Source: an uncultured virus (IMG/VR IMGVR_UViG_3300025128_000022)
Taxonomy: Duplodnaviria; Heunggongvirae; Uroviricota; Caudoviricetes
IMG/VR virus record: IMGVR_UViG_3300025128_000022
Direction: 5' to 3' (one strand)
DNA length: 64,000 nucleotides
Position 1 is the first letter of the stretch; every line of letters starts with the position of its first letter. The translations under genes were made by a program, and so were the position numbers. The notes beneath the pieces were generated by a model, which was given only the letters and a program-made list of their open reading frames with translations, was not told where the DNA came from and ran no database searches. This document shows positions 9,770 through 20,746 of the stretch, piece by piece.

Positions 9770-12700
9770 ATGGCTATAAATTTCCTCAATTCCCAAAACA
9801 TTGCTGGAGGTATTACCACGTCAGCTTCGTCAGATATGGCGGGGTTAAATATGACTGCTGGTATTGCAATGAGTTCTAACACTATTACTACCACAAGTTA
9901 CATTGGTAGAGACGGAGATAATTATATAGGATTTATAACTGATAACTTAATTAAATTTAGAGTTAATGGAGCTACACAAGTAAAACTTTCCGATGGAGTA
10001 TTCGCCCCACAAACTGATAGCGATGTAGATTTAGGTTCTAATAGCACTAGATTTGCAAATCTTTGGGTAGATTCAATTAACGGTTCAACGCCTGCTGTTG
10101 GAGCTGATTACTTACCACTCGCAGGTGGTACTATGACTGGTAATATAGTTATGGATGATAGTTCAGGGGCTTCTCCTAATATTCAATTTACTAATCAAAG
10201 CAATGATTCTTGGTATATTTACAATGATAGTAATGGAAAATTTCAAGTACAACAGACTTCAACCATTAGAGCTACTTTTAGTAGTGGTGATTTAGAAGTA
10301 AGAACACCATTAAAAGTTTCTGAAGGCGCTGTATCAATATCAAGTGATGGAGCTAACTATGCAACCTTAACAGAAAGTGGAAGTGGAGATTTTACTATTG
10401 CTTCAGTAGACGATTTAAGATTAGATTCAGGTGGAAATGATGTAGTATTAAGAGGAGCTAGTAGTGCTGAGTTTGGTAGATTATCCAATGATAGTAATAA
10501 TTTTATTATTAAAAATATAACTGCTGATAAAGATATTATTTTTCAAGCAGATGACGGTTCAGGAGGAACTGCTACATATTTCTATTTGGATGGCAGTTCA
10601 GCTGATGGTACTTATACATATACAAGATGGAATGATGGTGGTGTAGCTACTTTTGGTGGCGACCAAGATTTAAGAATATGGCACGAGCCAAGTAATAATA
10701 GTAGTTACATTAGAAATTATACTAATGATTTCTATATTGAAAATTTATCAGATGATAAAGATATTTTATTTAGATGTGATGATGGAAGTGGTGATGTTGC
10801 TACATATTTCTTTTTAGATGGTAGTGAAACAAGAGTTACGTTTAATAAAAATGCAAGGTTTATTGATAGTGCTTTGTTAGAATTAGGAACTTCAGGTGAT
10901 TTACAAATCTTTCATAATAGTGCTGATTCATTTATTGATAATTATACAGGTAATTTAACTATTAGAAACAGACAAGATGATGGAGATATAGTATTTACTT
11001 GTGATGATGGTTCTGGAGGTACAACTGAATATTTTAGATTAGATGGTTCACAAACAAATGTAAACTTTCAAAAAGACGCTATATTCGCTGATAATAAAAA
11101 AGCATTGTTTGGAGGCTCTGGAGATTTACAACTATATCACGACGGCACAGATTCTTATATTAAAAACACAGAAGGTACTTTTTACATAGACCAAACTGTT
11201 GATGATGGCGATATGAAATTCAGATGCGACAATGGTAGCGGTGGTTTGGTTTCATATTTCTTTTTAGATGGCGGTAGTGCTGATGGAACCTATACTTATA
11301 CTAAATGGGGTGATAATGATGTTATTGCGTTAGGGCAAGGGAAAGATTTAAAAATATATCACGACGGCAGTAATTCTTTTATATCTGATACAGGTACAGG
11401 TGATTTATATGTAAAAGCTAGTAATAATATGTTCTTTGAATCATCAGCTGGTGCATCAAAGATTATAGCAAGAACAGGTGGAGCAGTAGATTTATACTAT
11501 AATGGTAGCAAAAAAATTGAAACAACAAGTAGTGGTGTAGAAGTAACAGGTACACAAACTATAAGTTCTATTTCTCAAATTGGAAGTGATACTGACAAAT
11601 TCTTAATGTCAGATAGTGGTGAAATAAAGTATGTAACGGGAGCTAATTTAAGAAGTTATATCGGAGCAGGTACAGGTAGTGGTGATGTAGTCGCATCAGG
11701 CACACCTGTAGATAACCAAGTTGCTATTTGGACGGATGCAACTACAGTTGAAGGAAATGCTAATATGACATTTAGTGGAACTGTTTTAACAGTTACGGGA
11801 AACACATCAACAGAATGGAATACTGCATACACAGATAGATTTAAATGGAATGGGCAGTCCACAGGATTACTTGCAGCTGATGGAAGAACATCTTTGGGTG
11901 GAACTACAGTTGGTCAAGCGTTTTTTACGCTTACTAATCCTAGTGCGGTTACTTTTCCAAGAATGAATGCTGACAACTCAGTTAGCTCATTAAGTGCTTC
12001 AGATTTTAGAACAGCGATTGGTGCAGGTACTTCTTCAACTGCAGGTACTGTAACCTCGGTTGCATTTACTGAACAAACAGGAAATAAAGCAGGTATTACA
12101 TTAGGAGGAAGTTCAAGTTGGACTACAAGCGGAACATTAAATATAGGACTTGATATTCAAGGTCAAACCGCATTAGGAGCAACAGCTGCCGGTGGAGATT
12201 ACTTATTACTTTATGACACAAGTGGCTTAGCCAATAAAAAAGTAAGTGTAACTAATTTAGTTGCCGCTGCTCCACAAGGGGATGTTACAGCTTCTTCAAC
12301 AACTACTTTTACAAATAAAAGTGGTAATATATCACAATGGACAAATGATTCAGGATATACTACTAATTCAGGAACGGTAACAGGTACAGGTGTAAATCAG
12401 AGAATAGCGTATTGGACAGGCACTTCATCACTTAGTAGTGATAATGGATTAACATATAACAGTACAGATAATAAATTAATCTTTAATGGCGATTATGCTA
12501 TTAGAGAAGACGGGAGTGGTACGTTTGAATTAAATTGTGATGGCTCAGATATAATTACTAAAATAAATGGCTTTGGTTCAAATGGGTCTATGACGTTTGA
12601 TGAAAATTCAATTTATACTACAGCAAGTGGATTCTATGTTCCTTCGGGATATGGTATATCTGCAGGTACAACTTCAACTGCAAGTGGTACAATCAGAGCA

Positions 12701-13045
12701 ACAGGTAACATTATAGCATACTATTCGGATGAAAGACTAAAAGATTTTAAAGGTAATATTCCTGATGCTTTAGATAAAGTGTGTAAACTAAATGGTTATT
12801 ATTATACACAAAATGAAAAAGCAGCTGAACTTGGATATGAAAATTATGAAAGACAAGTAGGAGTTAGTGCACAAGAAGTACAAAGAGTTATGCCTGAAGT
12901 TATTGAAACTGCACCTATCTCTTACGATAATGATGAAGATTATTTAACAGTAGATTATGGTAGATTAGTACCATTACTAATTGAATCTATCAAAGAATTA
13001 AAAAATGAAATAGAAATTTTAAAAAATAAATCATGTGGAAATTAA
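9770..13045 (+). CDS. Tail fibre with C-terminal intramolecular chaperone (peptidase S74)
   Basis: YYSDERLK, GVSAQEVQRVMPEVI, VDYGRLVPLLIESIKEL; repeated DDGSGG...YFxLDG units. Confidence 0.85.
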   Translation: MAINFLNSQNIAGGITTSASSDMAGLNMTAGIAMSSNTITTTSYIGRDGDNYIGFITDNLIKFRVNGATQVKLSDGVFAPQTDSDVDLGSNSTRFANLWVDSINGSTPAVGADYLPLAGGTMTGNIVMDDSSGASPNIQFTNQSNDSWYIYNDSNGKFQVQQTSTIRATFSSGDLEVRTPLKVSEGAVSISSDGANYATLTESGSGDFTIASVDDLRLDSGGNDVVLRGASSAEFGRLSNDSNNFIIKNITADKDIIFQADDGSGGTATYFYLDGSSADGTYTYTRWNDGGVATFGGDQDLRIWHEPSNNSSYIRNYTNDFYIENLSDDKDILFRCDDGSGDVATYFFLDGSETRVTFNKNARFIDSALLELGTSGDLQIFHNSADSFIDNYTGNLTIRNRQDDGDIVFTCDDGSGGTTEYFRLDGSQTNVNFQKDAIFADNKKALFGGSGDLQLYHDGTDSYIKNTEGTFYIDQTVDDGDMKFRCDNGSGGLVSYFFLDGGSADGTYTYTKWGDNDVIALGQGKDLKIYHDGSNSFISDTGTGDLYVKASNNMFFESSAGASKIIARTGGAVDLYYNGSKKIETTSSGVEVTGTQTISSISQIGSDTDKFLMSDSGEIKYVTGANLRSYIGAGTGSGDVVASGTPVDNQVAIWTDATTVEGNANMTFSGTVLTVTGNTSTEWNTAYTDRFKWNGQSTGLLAADGRTSLGGTTVGQAFFTLTNPSAVTFPRMNADNSVSSLSASDFRTAIGAGTSSTAGTVTSVAFTEQTGNKAGITLGGSSSWTTSGTLNIGLDIQGQTALGATAAGGDYLLLYDTSGLANKKVSVTNLVAAAPQGDVTASSTTTFTNKSGNISQWTNDSGYTTNSGTVTGTGVNQRIAYWTGTSSLSSDNGLTYNSTDNKLIFNGDYAIREDGSGTFELNCDGSDIITKINGFGSNGSMTFDENSIYTTASGFYVPSGYGISAGTTSTASGTIRATGNIIAYYSDERLKDFKGNIPDALDKVCKLNGYYYTQNEKAAELGYENYERQVGVSAQEVQRVMPEVIETAPISYDNDEDYLTVDYGRLVPLLIESIKELKNEIEILKNKSCGN

Positions 13046-13296
13046 CAAAACAATATTGGAAAGATATGTGGAATGCTTTATGGAATAAAACCTCCATCGA
13101 TGAAAAAAGTATAGCTGCTTTAAAAGAAATTAAAAAAAGATATAAACTAACTTCTAAAGAATTAGCCGATGTGGGTAATGCTTTAAAGCAAGTAGGAAAT
13201 CAACTAGATGATATTCCAAGAGCGTTAGCAGGTAAAAAAAGAAAAGGCAGAAAGTTGAATATGCCTAAGCCGACTAATATGGGAGGAAAAAAATAA
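13033..13296 (+). CDS. Hypothetical protein
   Basis: 87 aa ORF in operon. Confidence 0.6.
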   Translation: MWKLTKQYWKDMWNALWNKTSIDEKSIAALKEIKKRYKLTSKELADVGNALKQVGNQLDDIPRALAGKKRKGRKLNMPKPTNMGGKK

Positions 13297-13302
13297 TATA
13301 TT

Positions 13303-13776
13303 ATGGCTATACCCTCGTCAGGAGCATTAGACTTTTTAAATATGGCTAGAGAATGTGCGTATGGCACATGGGGGTCAGGAAGTATAACCGGAGCTATATC
13401 TATTAGAGATTTAGTTGCAGGAGGAAATACATATGGGTCAGGGCAATCCTATCCTTCAATTAATACTTCGAGTTCATCTTATCCTCCTAACACTACACCT
13501 GTACAAACTAATTCCTTTTATGGATATGACAAAGATGCGTCATCTATTACGGCATTTAGTGGAAGTTTTGGTGGAGGTAGTGGTAAGGCAGTTTGTGGCT
13601 CTGCAACTAATGTAACTTATTATCACGATGGTTCAGGAACATATCCTTCTGTTGGTGACAATTGTTATACTAATTCAGCAGGTACTTCACCAATGGCTGA
13701 CAATTATTATAAAATGGCAAATGGTGGATTATTGTATGTTGAAGATGAACAAGCTAGTAGTATAGCAACTTGTTAG
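13303..13776 (+). CDS. Tail-fibre-associated small protein
   Basis: MAIPSSGAL start typical of genes following S74 fibres. Confidence 0.6.
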   Translation: MAIPSSGALDFLNMARECAYGTWGSGSITGAISIRDLVAGGNTYGSGQSYPSINTSSSSYPPNTTPVQTNSFYGYDKDASSITAFSGSFGGGSGKAVCGSATNVTYYHDGSGTYPSVGDNCYTNSAGTSPMADNYYKMANGGLLYVEDEQASSIATC

Positions 13777-13797
13777 AGAGTTTAGATAATATTTTAT

Positions 13798-13805
13798 TAT
13801 CTTTG
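13798..13805 (+). promoter_or_regulatory. Bacteroidota -7 element TATCTTTG
   Basis: Intergenic, upstream of ATG 13846. Confidence 0.7.
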
Positions 13806-13845
13806 TAAAAATAAAAATAATTATAAACACTTAAAATTTAATGAA

Positions 13846-14124
13846 ATGAGTAAAAAATTAACAGACACAGAATTAGAATCAATTCAAAAATCACAGAACG
13901 ACTTTACAAAAGCTAAATTAAGAATAGCTGATGTTGAGATGCAAAAGGCGGGAATTTTACAAGAACTAGATAAAATTAAATCCGAGTTTGCTGTTTTTGA
14001 ACAAGAGTTGATTAAGAAGTACGGAAAGGATAGCAGTATTAATATGCAAACCGGAGAAGTAAGAACGGTGGAGGAAATAAAAGCTGAAGCTGAAAAAGAA
14101 AAAGAATCAGAAAAAAAAGAGTAA
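13846..14124 (+). CDS. Coiled-coil hypothetical protein
   Basis: 92 aa; KKYG...INMQTGE end. Confidence 0.7.
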   Translation: MSKKLTDTELESIQKSQNDFTKAKLRIADVEMQKAGILQELDKIKSEFAVFEQELIKKYGKDSSINMQTGEVRTVEEIKAEAEKEKESEKKE

Positions 14125-17100
14125 ATGGCAAAAATTAGCGACACTACGAGTTATCCCAATATAACCCCGACAAATGAAGATTATTTAATATTAACAGATA
14201 AAGATTCTTCTTTAGCCACTAAGACGGTTACAGTCGAAGCACTTCAGACGTTTATATTTGGGAATATAGCTTCGTCGCTAATACCAACAATTGATGACCA
14301 ATTTGATATTGGTTCGTCAACTAAAGAATGGAAAGATTTATACATTGATGGAGTAGCTTATATAGATGATTTAAGAGCTGACGTTGGTGAAATAATTACG
14401 CTAACTGTTCCGACTAATTTAATCGCTAGTGGCGTATTAACCTTATCGGGAACAGTTGGTGGTTCTTCTTTAATTACATCAACTTCTTTAGCAGGAGCTG
14501 CAAATACTAATTTAGCAAGTACACTTGCTATTAAGAGTTATGTAGATACAGCTATAGGAACTGTTGATGATTTATCATGTTTTTATGATACAAGTACAAC
14601 AGCCGTAAATATACCGACTCAATCTTTAAGAATATTAGGTACAGCAAACCAAGTAACCACAACAGGTGATGGAGCACAAACAATGCAAATTGCTTTTACA
14701 AGTAATATGATAACACCCGGTGATGTATCAGTAGGTGGAACTTCTTTAGCTCCTGTAACTGATAGCAACACAAAACTAGGTAGTGCTACATTAAAATGGA
14801 CTGTGCTTGGAACAGATTCAATTATTGATGCATCAAATGCTCAAGGTACAGCTAATCAAGTTTTATCGGCAGGACCTGCAGGTAGTTCATTAGCTTGGAT
14901 AGATATACCAAATGAAGATTTATCAGTAAGAATAGGAAGTTCAGGAGGAGCTACTTTTGTGGTAGATTTAGCTACTGAGATAATTTCATTTGTTGGAACA
15001 ACAAACGAGGTAGAAGTTTTGTCTCCTGTATCTGAAACTGTTGCATTTAGATTACCTGCAACTGTAACGTTTAGAGGAGCTATTGAAACGCAAGACATAA
15101 AAGCTCAAGGCGATATGCTTTACGATATTGGTACAAGTGCCGATAAATATAGAGACTTATATGTTAGGTCTATTGCAGATGGAGCAGATAGTTTGGGTGG
15201 AGCTAATATGGTTTTAGCCAAAAATGCAGCTAATACAGCATTAGAGTGGACTACACCTGATGATTCTTCATTAGAATTTTTAGGAGATTCTAACACAGGA
15301 ACACCTTCAGTAGATTTAAATTCTCAATCTTTTTCTGTTCTTGGAACAACAAATCAAATAGTAACTGCAGGTAACAACCAAACATTAACTTTATCATTGC
15401 CTTCAGTATTAATTGCTCCGGGTTCAGTAAAAGCTACTACAAATTTAATTGCTACAGGCGATGTGCTTCCTGTTTCGGATAGCACAAGTAATTTAGCTTC
15501 AGCTACAGAAAAGTTTTTAGCATTATATGCTGACTTAATTTATGATGCAGCTGATTCAGCAGGTACATCAGGTCAAGTATTATCATCTACAGGTTCAGGA
15601 TTAGCATGGGTGGCAAACACAGGTACAGACGATTTACAAATTGCAGGTGATACAGGAACAGGAGTTGTTGACCTTCCAACACAAACATTAACTGTTGCCG
15701 GAACATCAAATGAAATTGTAACAGTTGGAGGTTCACAAACAATTACTGTTGCCTTTCCAACGGACATAACTACTAAAAACGATATTAATATAACAGGAGA
15801 TGTTTTACCTGTTACTGACAGCAATAGTAAATTAGGTAGTTCTTCATTAAAATGGGTATCTCTAGCTACTGATGATATTTTAGATGGTACGAATAGCACA
15901 GGTACAGAGTATCAAGTATTAAGAAAAAATTTAGGTAATACTGCTTTAGAGTGGTATGTACCAACTGTATATTTTATAGGTGATTCCGGTACAAATTCAT
16001 CTGTTAGTATTGGTGAAAGTTCTTCATCAGCTCCAATGAGATTTTTGGGAACTGCTAATGAAATAACAACAGTATCTGATGCTACAAGAACAATCACATA
16101 TAGTATTCCATCAACATTTGTAGCTCCGGGCAGTATCGAATCAACAACCACTATTACCGTAGGTACTGATTTACTTCCTAAGAGTGACCTTACTACTAAA
16201 ATAGGAAGTGGTAGTGAAAGAATGTTAAGAATGTATTTAAGTGAATTGTATGACCATGCAGGTTCAGGAGGAACAAATGGTCAAGTTCTATCTTCAAATG
16301 CTTCCGGGCAATTAGCATGGGCTGCACAAAATAACAGTACATTAAATATATCTGATGGTTCAACTGCAGGTAGTGTTGCTTTACCAACACAATCCTTAAC
16401 TATTGCAGGTACTGCAAATGAAATTACCTCAACAGTATCAGGTCAGTCAGCTACATTGTCACTACCTTCAAACGTAGTAGTACCGGATACAATGGAAATT
16501 ACTACTTCATTATCCCCTAAAACAACTGCGGCAGTACCACTTGGTACAACATTATTAAGATGGTCAGAAATATTTGTAAACGATATTCAGGCAGTTAATG
16601 GCGGATTAGGAACTGCAGGACAGTATTTAGTTAAAAATGGTGCTAACCAATTATCATGGTCTTCAATAACTGCTAATTCTTTAGAGTTTTTAGGAGACTC
16701 AAACACAGGAACACCGGCGGTGGATTTAGCTACACAATCTTTAACTATTGCGGGTACAGCTAATGAAATAGAAACTGCAGGTAATGCACAAGCATTAACT
16801 ATAGCTTTCCCAACTGATATAACTACAAAAGGTGAACTTAATAGTGTAGGTATTATAAAGCCAACGACTGACGTAGCTATTGACTTAGGTACATCCGCAT
16901 TAAGATGGAAAGATATATATGTAAAAGAAATTAGAGATGCAGGTGACAACGTAGGTACATCAGGACAAATTTTGGCAAAAAACCCTGCAAACACCGGATT
17001 AATATGGGTTGATAGTGGAACAGCAAATGTTGTAGAAACAACAACTACTATATCAAATGCACAAATGATGGCTTTAGCTACAACACCAATAGAATTAGTT

Positions 17101-17436
17101 CCTGCTCCGGGTGCAGGTAAAATGATTAGTGTAGTAGAATGTTTATGGAAATTAAGCTATTCAGCTCCAAACTTTGATTATACAAATGATGTTGCTGTTA
17201 GATTTTCAAGTGGTGGTACTAATATTCAGTTCCAACCATTTTTAAATTTTGATAATGGTATGTTAAATTCAGGAAGTGATTTTTATCAAACAATACCTCC
17301 TGCACAAAGTAATGGAAATGCAAATGGTCAGATTAAAGTGAACGCTGCATTAGAAGTATTTGCTGATACTAATCCAACACAAGGTGGAGGGTCAGCAACA
17401 TTTAAAATAAAATATAGAATAGAAGACGCATTCTAG
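14125..17436 (+). CDS. Repetitive tail fibre/virion protein
   Basis: 1103 aa; repeated DLGSS..W, GTSGQVL and GTANEI units. Confidence 0.7.
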   Translation: MAKISDTTSYPNITPTNEDYLILTDKDSSLATKTVTVEALQTFIFGNIASSLIPTIDDQFDIGSSTKEWKDLYIDGVAYIDDLRADVGEIITLTVPTNLIASGVLTLSGTVGGSSLITSTSLAGAANTNLASTLAIKSYVDTAIGTVDDLSCFYDTSTTAVNIPTQSLRILGTANQVTTTGDGAQTMQIAFTSNMITPGDVSVGGTSLAPVTDSNTKLGSATLKWTVLGTDSIIDASNAQGTANQVLSAGPAGSSLAWIDIPNEDLSVRIGSSGGATFVVDLATEIISFVGTTNEVEVLSPVSETVAFRLPATVTFRGAIETQDIKAQGDMLYDIGTSADKYRDLYVRSIADGADSLGGANMVLAKNAANTALEWTTPDDSSLEFLGDSNTGTPSVDLNSQSFSVLGTTNQIVTAGNNQTLTLSLPSVLIAPGSVKATTNLIATGDVLPVSDSTSNLASATEKFLALYADLIYDAADSAGTSGQVLSSTGSGLAWVANTGTDDLQIAGDTGTGVVDLPTQTLTVAGTSNEIVTVGGSQTITVAFPTDITTKNDINITGDVLPVTDSNSKLGSSSLKWVSLATDDILDGTNSTGTEYQVLRKNLGNTALEWYVPTVYFIGDSGTNSSVSIGESSSSAPMRFLGTANEITTVSDATRTITYSIPSTFVAPGSIESTTTITVGTDLLPKSDLTTKIGSGSERMLRMYLSELYDHAGSGGTNGQVLSSNASGQLAWAAQNNSTLNISDGSTAGSVALPTQSLTIAGTANEITSTVSGQSATLSLPSNVVVPDTMEITTSLSPKTTAAVPLGTTLLRWSEIFVNDIQAVNGGLGTAGQYLVKNGANQLSWSSITANSLEFLGDSNTGTPAVDLATQSLTIAGTANEIETAGNAQALTIAFPTDITTKGELNSVGIIKPTTDVAIDLGTSALRWKDIYVKEIRDAGDNVGTSGQILAKNPANTGLIWVDSGTANVVETTTTISNAQMMALATTPIELVPAPGAGKMISVVECLWKLSYSAPNFDYTNDVAVRFSSGGTNIQFQPFLNFDNGMLNSGSDFYQTIPPAQSNGNANGQIKVNAALEVFADTNPTQGGGSATFKIKYRIEDAF

Positions 17437-17448
17437 AAATAAAATGTA

Positions 17449-17673
17449 ATGGATATAAGAAAAATTTCAGTAGGACCTGACTATAAATCAGGTGCTATGC
17501 ATTATTTAGTTGGACAAGAAGTATTAGGAGGAAACTATATTATCCATTTAATAAAGTTTGAAACTTCATCAGGTAATTTTAATATATACATAATTCAAGG
17601 CAATGAAATCAAATTATGGAAATCGTTTAACAGAGTGATGCCGATTTCTATTGAATATAATATAAATTTTTAA
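17449..17673 (+). CDS. Hypothetical protein
   Basis: 74 aa ORF before packaging genes. Confidence 0.7.
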   Translation: MDIRKISVGPDYKSGAMHYLVGQEVLGGNYIIHLIKFETSSGNFNIYIIQGNEIKLWKSFNRVMPISIEYNINF

Positions 17674-17686
17674 ACAATGAATCAAA

Positions 17687-18250
17687 ATGCAATCACCTCA
17701 CAGCTTCATCGTACAACCGGTAAAAGGAAAAAGATACGATAATACTAAAAATTTTGGTGAGGTAGAATTTATTGTTAGTTCTTCACAAGAAGACCATAAG
17801 TTTTCAAATCGTTATGGGATAGTAGTTTCTTTACCATTAAATTATTGCGGACCTATTGAAGTAGGTGATATATTATTAGTTCATCATAATGTTTTTAAAT
17901 ATTATTATGACATGAAAGGTATACAGAAAAGCGGCAGAAGTTATTTTAAAGATGATTTATTTTTTATAGATAACGACCAATTTTTTTTGTATAATAAAAA
18001 TGGAGAATGGTTTGCTCACGACAAATATTGTTTTGTAGAACCAATTGCAGCTAAAGATTATTATTTAAATAAAGCGGTTAAATACGAGCCATTAATGGGT
18101 ATTATGAAATATCCAAATGATGAGTTAATAAAGCATGGAGTAAAAAAAGGTGATGAAGTAGCTTTTCAACCTGAAAGTGAATATGAATTTAGAATTGATG
18201 ATGTATTAATGTATAGAGTTATGTCTCAATTCATAACAGTTAAATTATGA
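17687..18250 (+). CDS. Hypothetical protein, possible tandem GroES-like fold
   Basis: Two units: YGIVVSLP...IEVGDILLV and MGIMKYP...VKKGDEVAF. Confidence 0.5.
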   Translation: MQSPHSFIVQPVKGKRYDNTKNFGEVEFIVSSSQEDHKFSNRYGIVVSLPLNYCGPIEVGDILLVHHNVFKYYYDMKGIQKSGRSYFKDDLFFIDNDQFFLYNKNGEWFAHDKYCFVEPIAAKDYYLNKAVKYEPLMGIMKYPNDELIKHGVKKGDEVAFQPESEYEFRIDDVLMYRVMSQFITVKL

Positions 18251-18522
18251 GTAATACTGAAATTAAATTAAAAATAATTGAAGCAGGACAAAAGGCAGTC
18301 GATGAATTGATTAGTGTGGCTAAAGAAAAAATAGTTACCGGAAGCGAAGATGATTTGTCGGCTGATAGATTAAAAAATGCAGCAGCTACAAAAAAGTTAG
18401 CAATATTTGATGCATTTGAAATACTAAATAGAATCGAACAAGAAAGAGATGTTATTGAACTAGAAAGTAAAGGTATAAAACAAACAACAAATCAGGGTTT
18501 TGCAGAAAGACGTTCTAAATAA
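18247..18522 (+). CDS. Putative terminase small subunit
   Basis: Helical 91 aa ORF overlapping terminase start (positional call). Confidence 0.4.
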   Translation: MSNTEIKLKIIEAGQKAVDELISVAKEKIVTGSEDDLSADRLKNAAATKKLAIFDAFEILNRIEQERDVIELESKGIKQTTNQGFAERRSK

Positions 18523-20746
18523 ATTATATACCAAATTAGTTGGAGTCATTCCTAAAAATGTGCTTGTTAAAAAAAATAAAAGTGCAACTTGGAAATATGG
18601 ATACAATGAAAAATATGACATTGTTGTTATATCAAAAACAGGTGAAATTGGAGATATAATAAAAATGAATGGTATAAATATTGCATTACCACTCCAACCA
18701 AAAAAAATTACTAAAAGACATAGTGCAACAAAGCATCAATATTGGGAAAGGCACGAATACCCTAAATCACTAAAAAGAATTTCTACCATATTTCAATGGA
18801 ACGACCAACCCAATACATTTAAAAACCAATGGATTGATTATATAGAACAAGAGTTTGATTATAGAGAATATGGGTATTGGTTTTACAATAACGGTATTCC
18901 GACATATATGACAGGTTCTCATTATATGTATTTACAATGGACAAAAATTGATGTAGGTTATCCTGATTTTAGAGAAGCAAACAGATTGTTTTTTATTTAT
19001 TGGGAAGCGTGTAGGGCAGACCTGAGAAGTTTCGGTTTATGTTATTTAAAAATAAGACGTTCCGGATTTTCTTTTATGGGTTCTTCCGAATGTGTTAATA
19101 CAGGAACATTAGCTAAAGATTCAAGGGTAGGTATTCTTTCTAAAACAGGTTCGGATGCTAAAAAAATGTTTACAGACAAGGTTGTGCCTATTGGAAGTAA
19201 TTTACCATTTTTCTTTAAACCTATTCAAGATGGTATGGATAAGCCAAAAACTGAATTAGCTTTTAGAGTACCTGCTTCAAAAATTACAAAGAAAAATATG
19301 TATACCGTTGAAGAGGAAGAGCTAGATGGGTTAGATACTACTATAGATTGGAAGAATACTGATGATAACTCTTATGATGGTGAAAAATTATTATTATTAG
19401 TTCATGATGAAAGTGGTAAATGGCTAAAGCCAAATAACATATTAAATAATTGGCGTGTTACTAAAACTTGTTTAAGGTTAGGTAGCAAAGTTATTGGTAA
19501 ATGTATGATGGGTTCTACTTCCAATGCTTTAAGTAAGGGGGGTGATAATTTTAAAAGTTTGTATGAAGATTCGGATAGTTCTAAAAGAAATGCGAATGGT
19601 CAGACAAAAAGTGGATTATATAATTTATTTATTCCTATGGAGTGGAATATGGAAGGGTTTATTGATAGATATGGAATGCCTGTTTTAGAAACCCCATCTA
19701 CACCAATTTTAGGAATCGATAATGAAATGATTAGAATAGGAGCAATTGAGTATTGGGAGAATGAGGTTGAATCATTAAAATCCGACCCTGATGCTTTAAA
19801 TGAATATTACAGACAATTTCCTAGGTCTGAATCTCACGCATTTAGAGATGAAAGCAAACAGTCATTGTTTAATCTAACAAAAATATACCAACAAATAGAT
19901 TATAATGATTCATTAATAATTCAACATCATGTTACTCAAGGAGGGTTTTATTGGAAAAATGGAATAAAAGACACCGAAGTAATATTTAAACCTGATAAAC
20001 GAGGAAGATTTTTGGTTGGATGGACTCCATCAAAACAACTTCAAAATAAATATTATATCCGCAATGGGAAAAAATATCCGGGCAATGAACATATTGGTTC
20101 TTTTGGATGTGACTCCTATGATATTTCAGGTGTTGTTGGAGGTGGAGGTTCTAATGGTGCTTTACATGGAATGACTAAATTTAACATGGATGACGCACCA
20201 AGTAATGAGTTTTTTTTAGAATATGTAGCAAGACCTCAAACTGCTGAAATATTTTTTGAAGAAGTTTTAATGGCTTGTGTATTTTATGGTATGCCAATAT
20301 TATGTGAAAACAATAAACCTCGTCTTTTATATCATTTTAAAAACAGAGGGTATAGAGGTTATAGTTTAAATAGACCCGATAAAGTATATAATAAATTATC
20401 AAAAACAGAAAGAGAATTAGGTGGTATCCCTAACTCAAGTGAAGATGTAAAACAATCACATGCCGCAGCAATAGAATCATATATTGAAAAATATGTAGGT
20501 TTAGATTTTGAAGGAACATTTAGAGATTCCGAAGATATGGGTACAATGTATTTTACAAAGACGCTTGAAGATTGGGCAAAGTTTGATATTTCAAATAGAA
20601 CTCGTTTTGATGCAACTATAAGTTCAGGATTGGCAATAATGGCTAATCAAAAACACTTATATTTACCGACCAAAAAAGAGTCAAAAATAAGCATTAACTT
20701 TGCAAGATACACGAATACAGGAACATTAAGCAAAATATTACAATGA
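18500..20746 (+). CDS. terL: Terminase large subunit
   Basis: KIRRSGFS Walker A-like, LLVHDESGKW Walker B, GST coupling motif, FGCDSYD nuclease; precedes portal. Confidence 0.85.
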   Translation: MQKDVLNKLYTKLVGVIPKNVLVKKNKSATWKYGYNEKYDIVVISKTGEIGDIIKMNGINIALPLQPKKITKRHSATKHQYWERHEYPKSLKRISTIFQWNDQPNTFKNQWIDYIEQEFDYREYGYWFYNNGIPTYMTGSHYMYLQWTKIDVGYPDFREANRLFFIYWEACRADLRSFGLCYLKIRRSGFSFMGSSECVNTGTLAKDSRVGILSKTGSDAKKMFTDKVVPIGSNLPFFFKPIQDGMDKPKTELAFRVPASKITKKNMYTVEEEELDGLDTTIDWKNTDDNSYDGEKLLLLVHDESGKWLKPNNILNNWRVTKTCLRLGSKVIGKCMMGSTSNALSKGGDNFKSLYEDSDSSKRNANGQTKSGLYNLFIPMEWNMEGFIDRYGMPVLETPSTPILGIDNEMIRIGAIEYWENEVESLKSDPDALNEYYRQFPRSESHAFRDESKQSLFNLTKIYQQIDYNDSLIIQHHVTQGGFYWKNGIKDTEVIFKPDKRGRFLVGWTPSKQLQNKYYIRNGKKYPGNEHIGSFGCDSYDISGVVGGGGSNGALHGMTKFNMDDAPSNEFFLEYVARPQTAEIFFEEVLMACVFYGMPILCENNKPRLLYHFKNRGYRGYSLNRPDKVYNKLSKTERELGGIPNSSEDVKQSHAAAIESYIEKYVGLDFEGTFRDSEDMGTMYFTKTLEDWAKFDISNRTRFDATISSGLAIMANQKHLYLPTKKESKISINFARYTNTGTLSKILQ

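Noticed and set aside
7373..17436. Diversity-generating retroelement target/template
   Set aside because: No reverse transcriptase and no adenine-specific repeat pair seen
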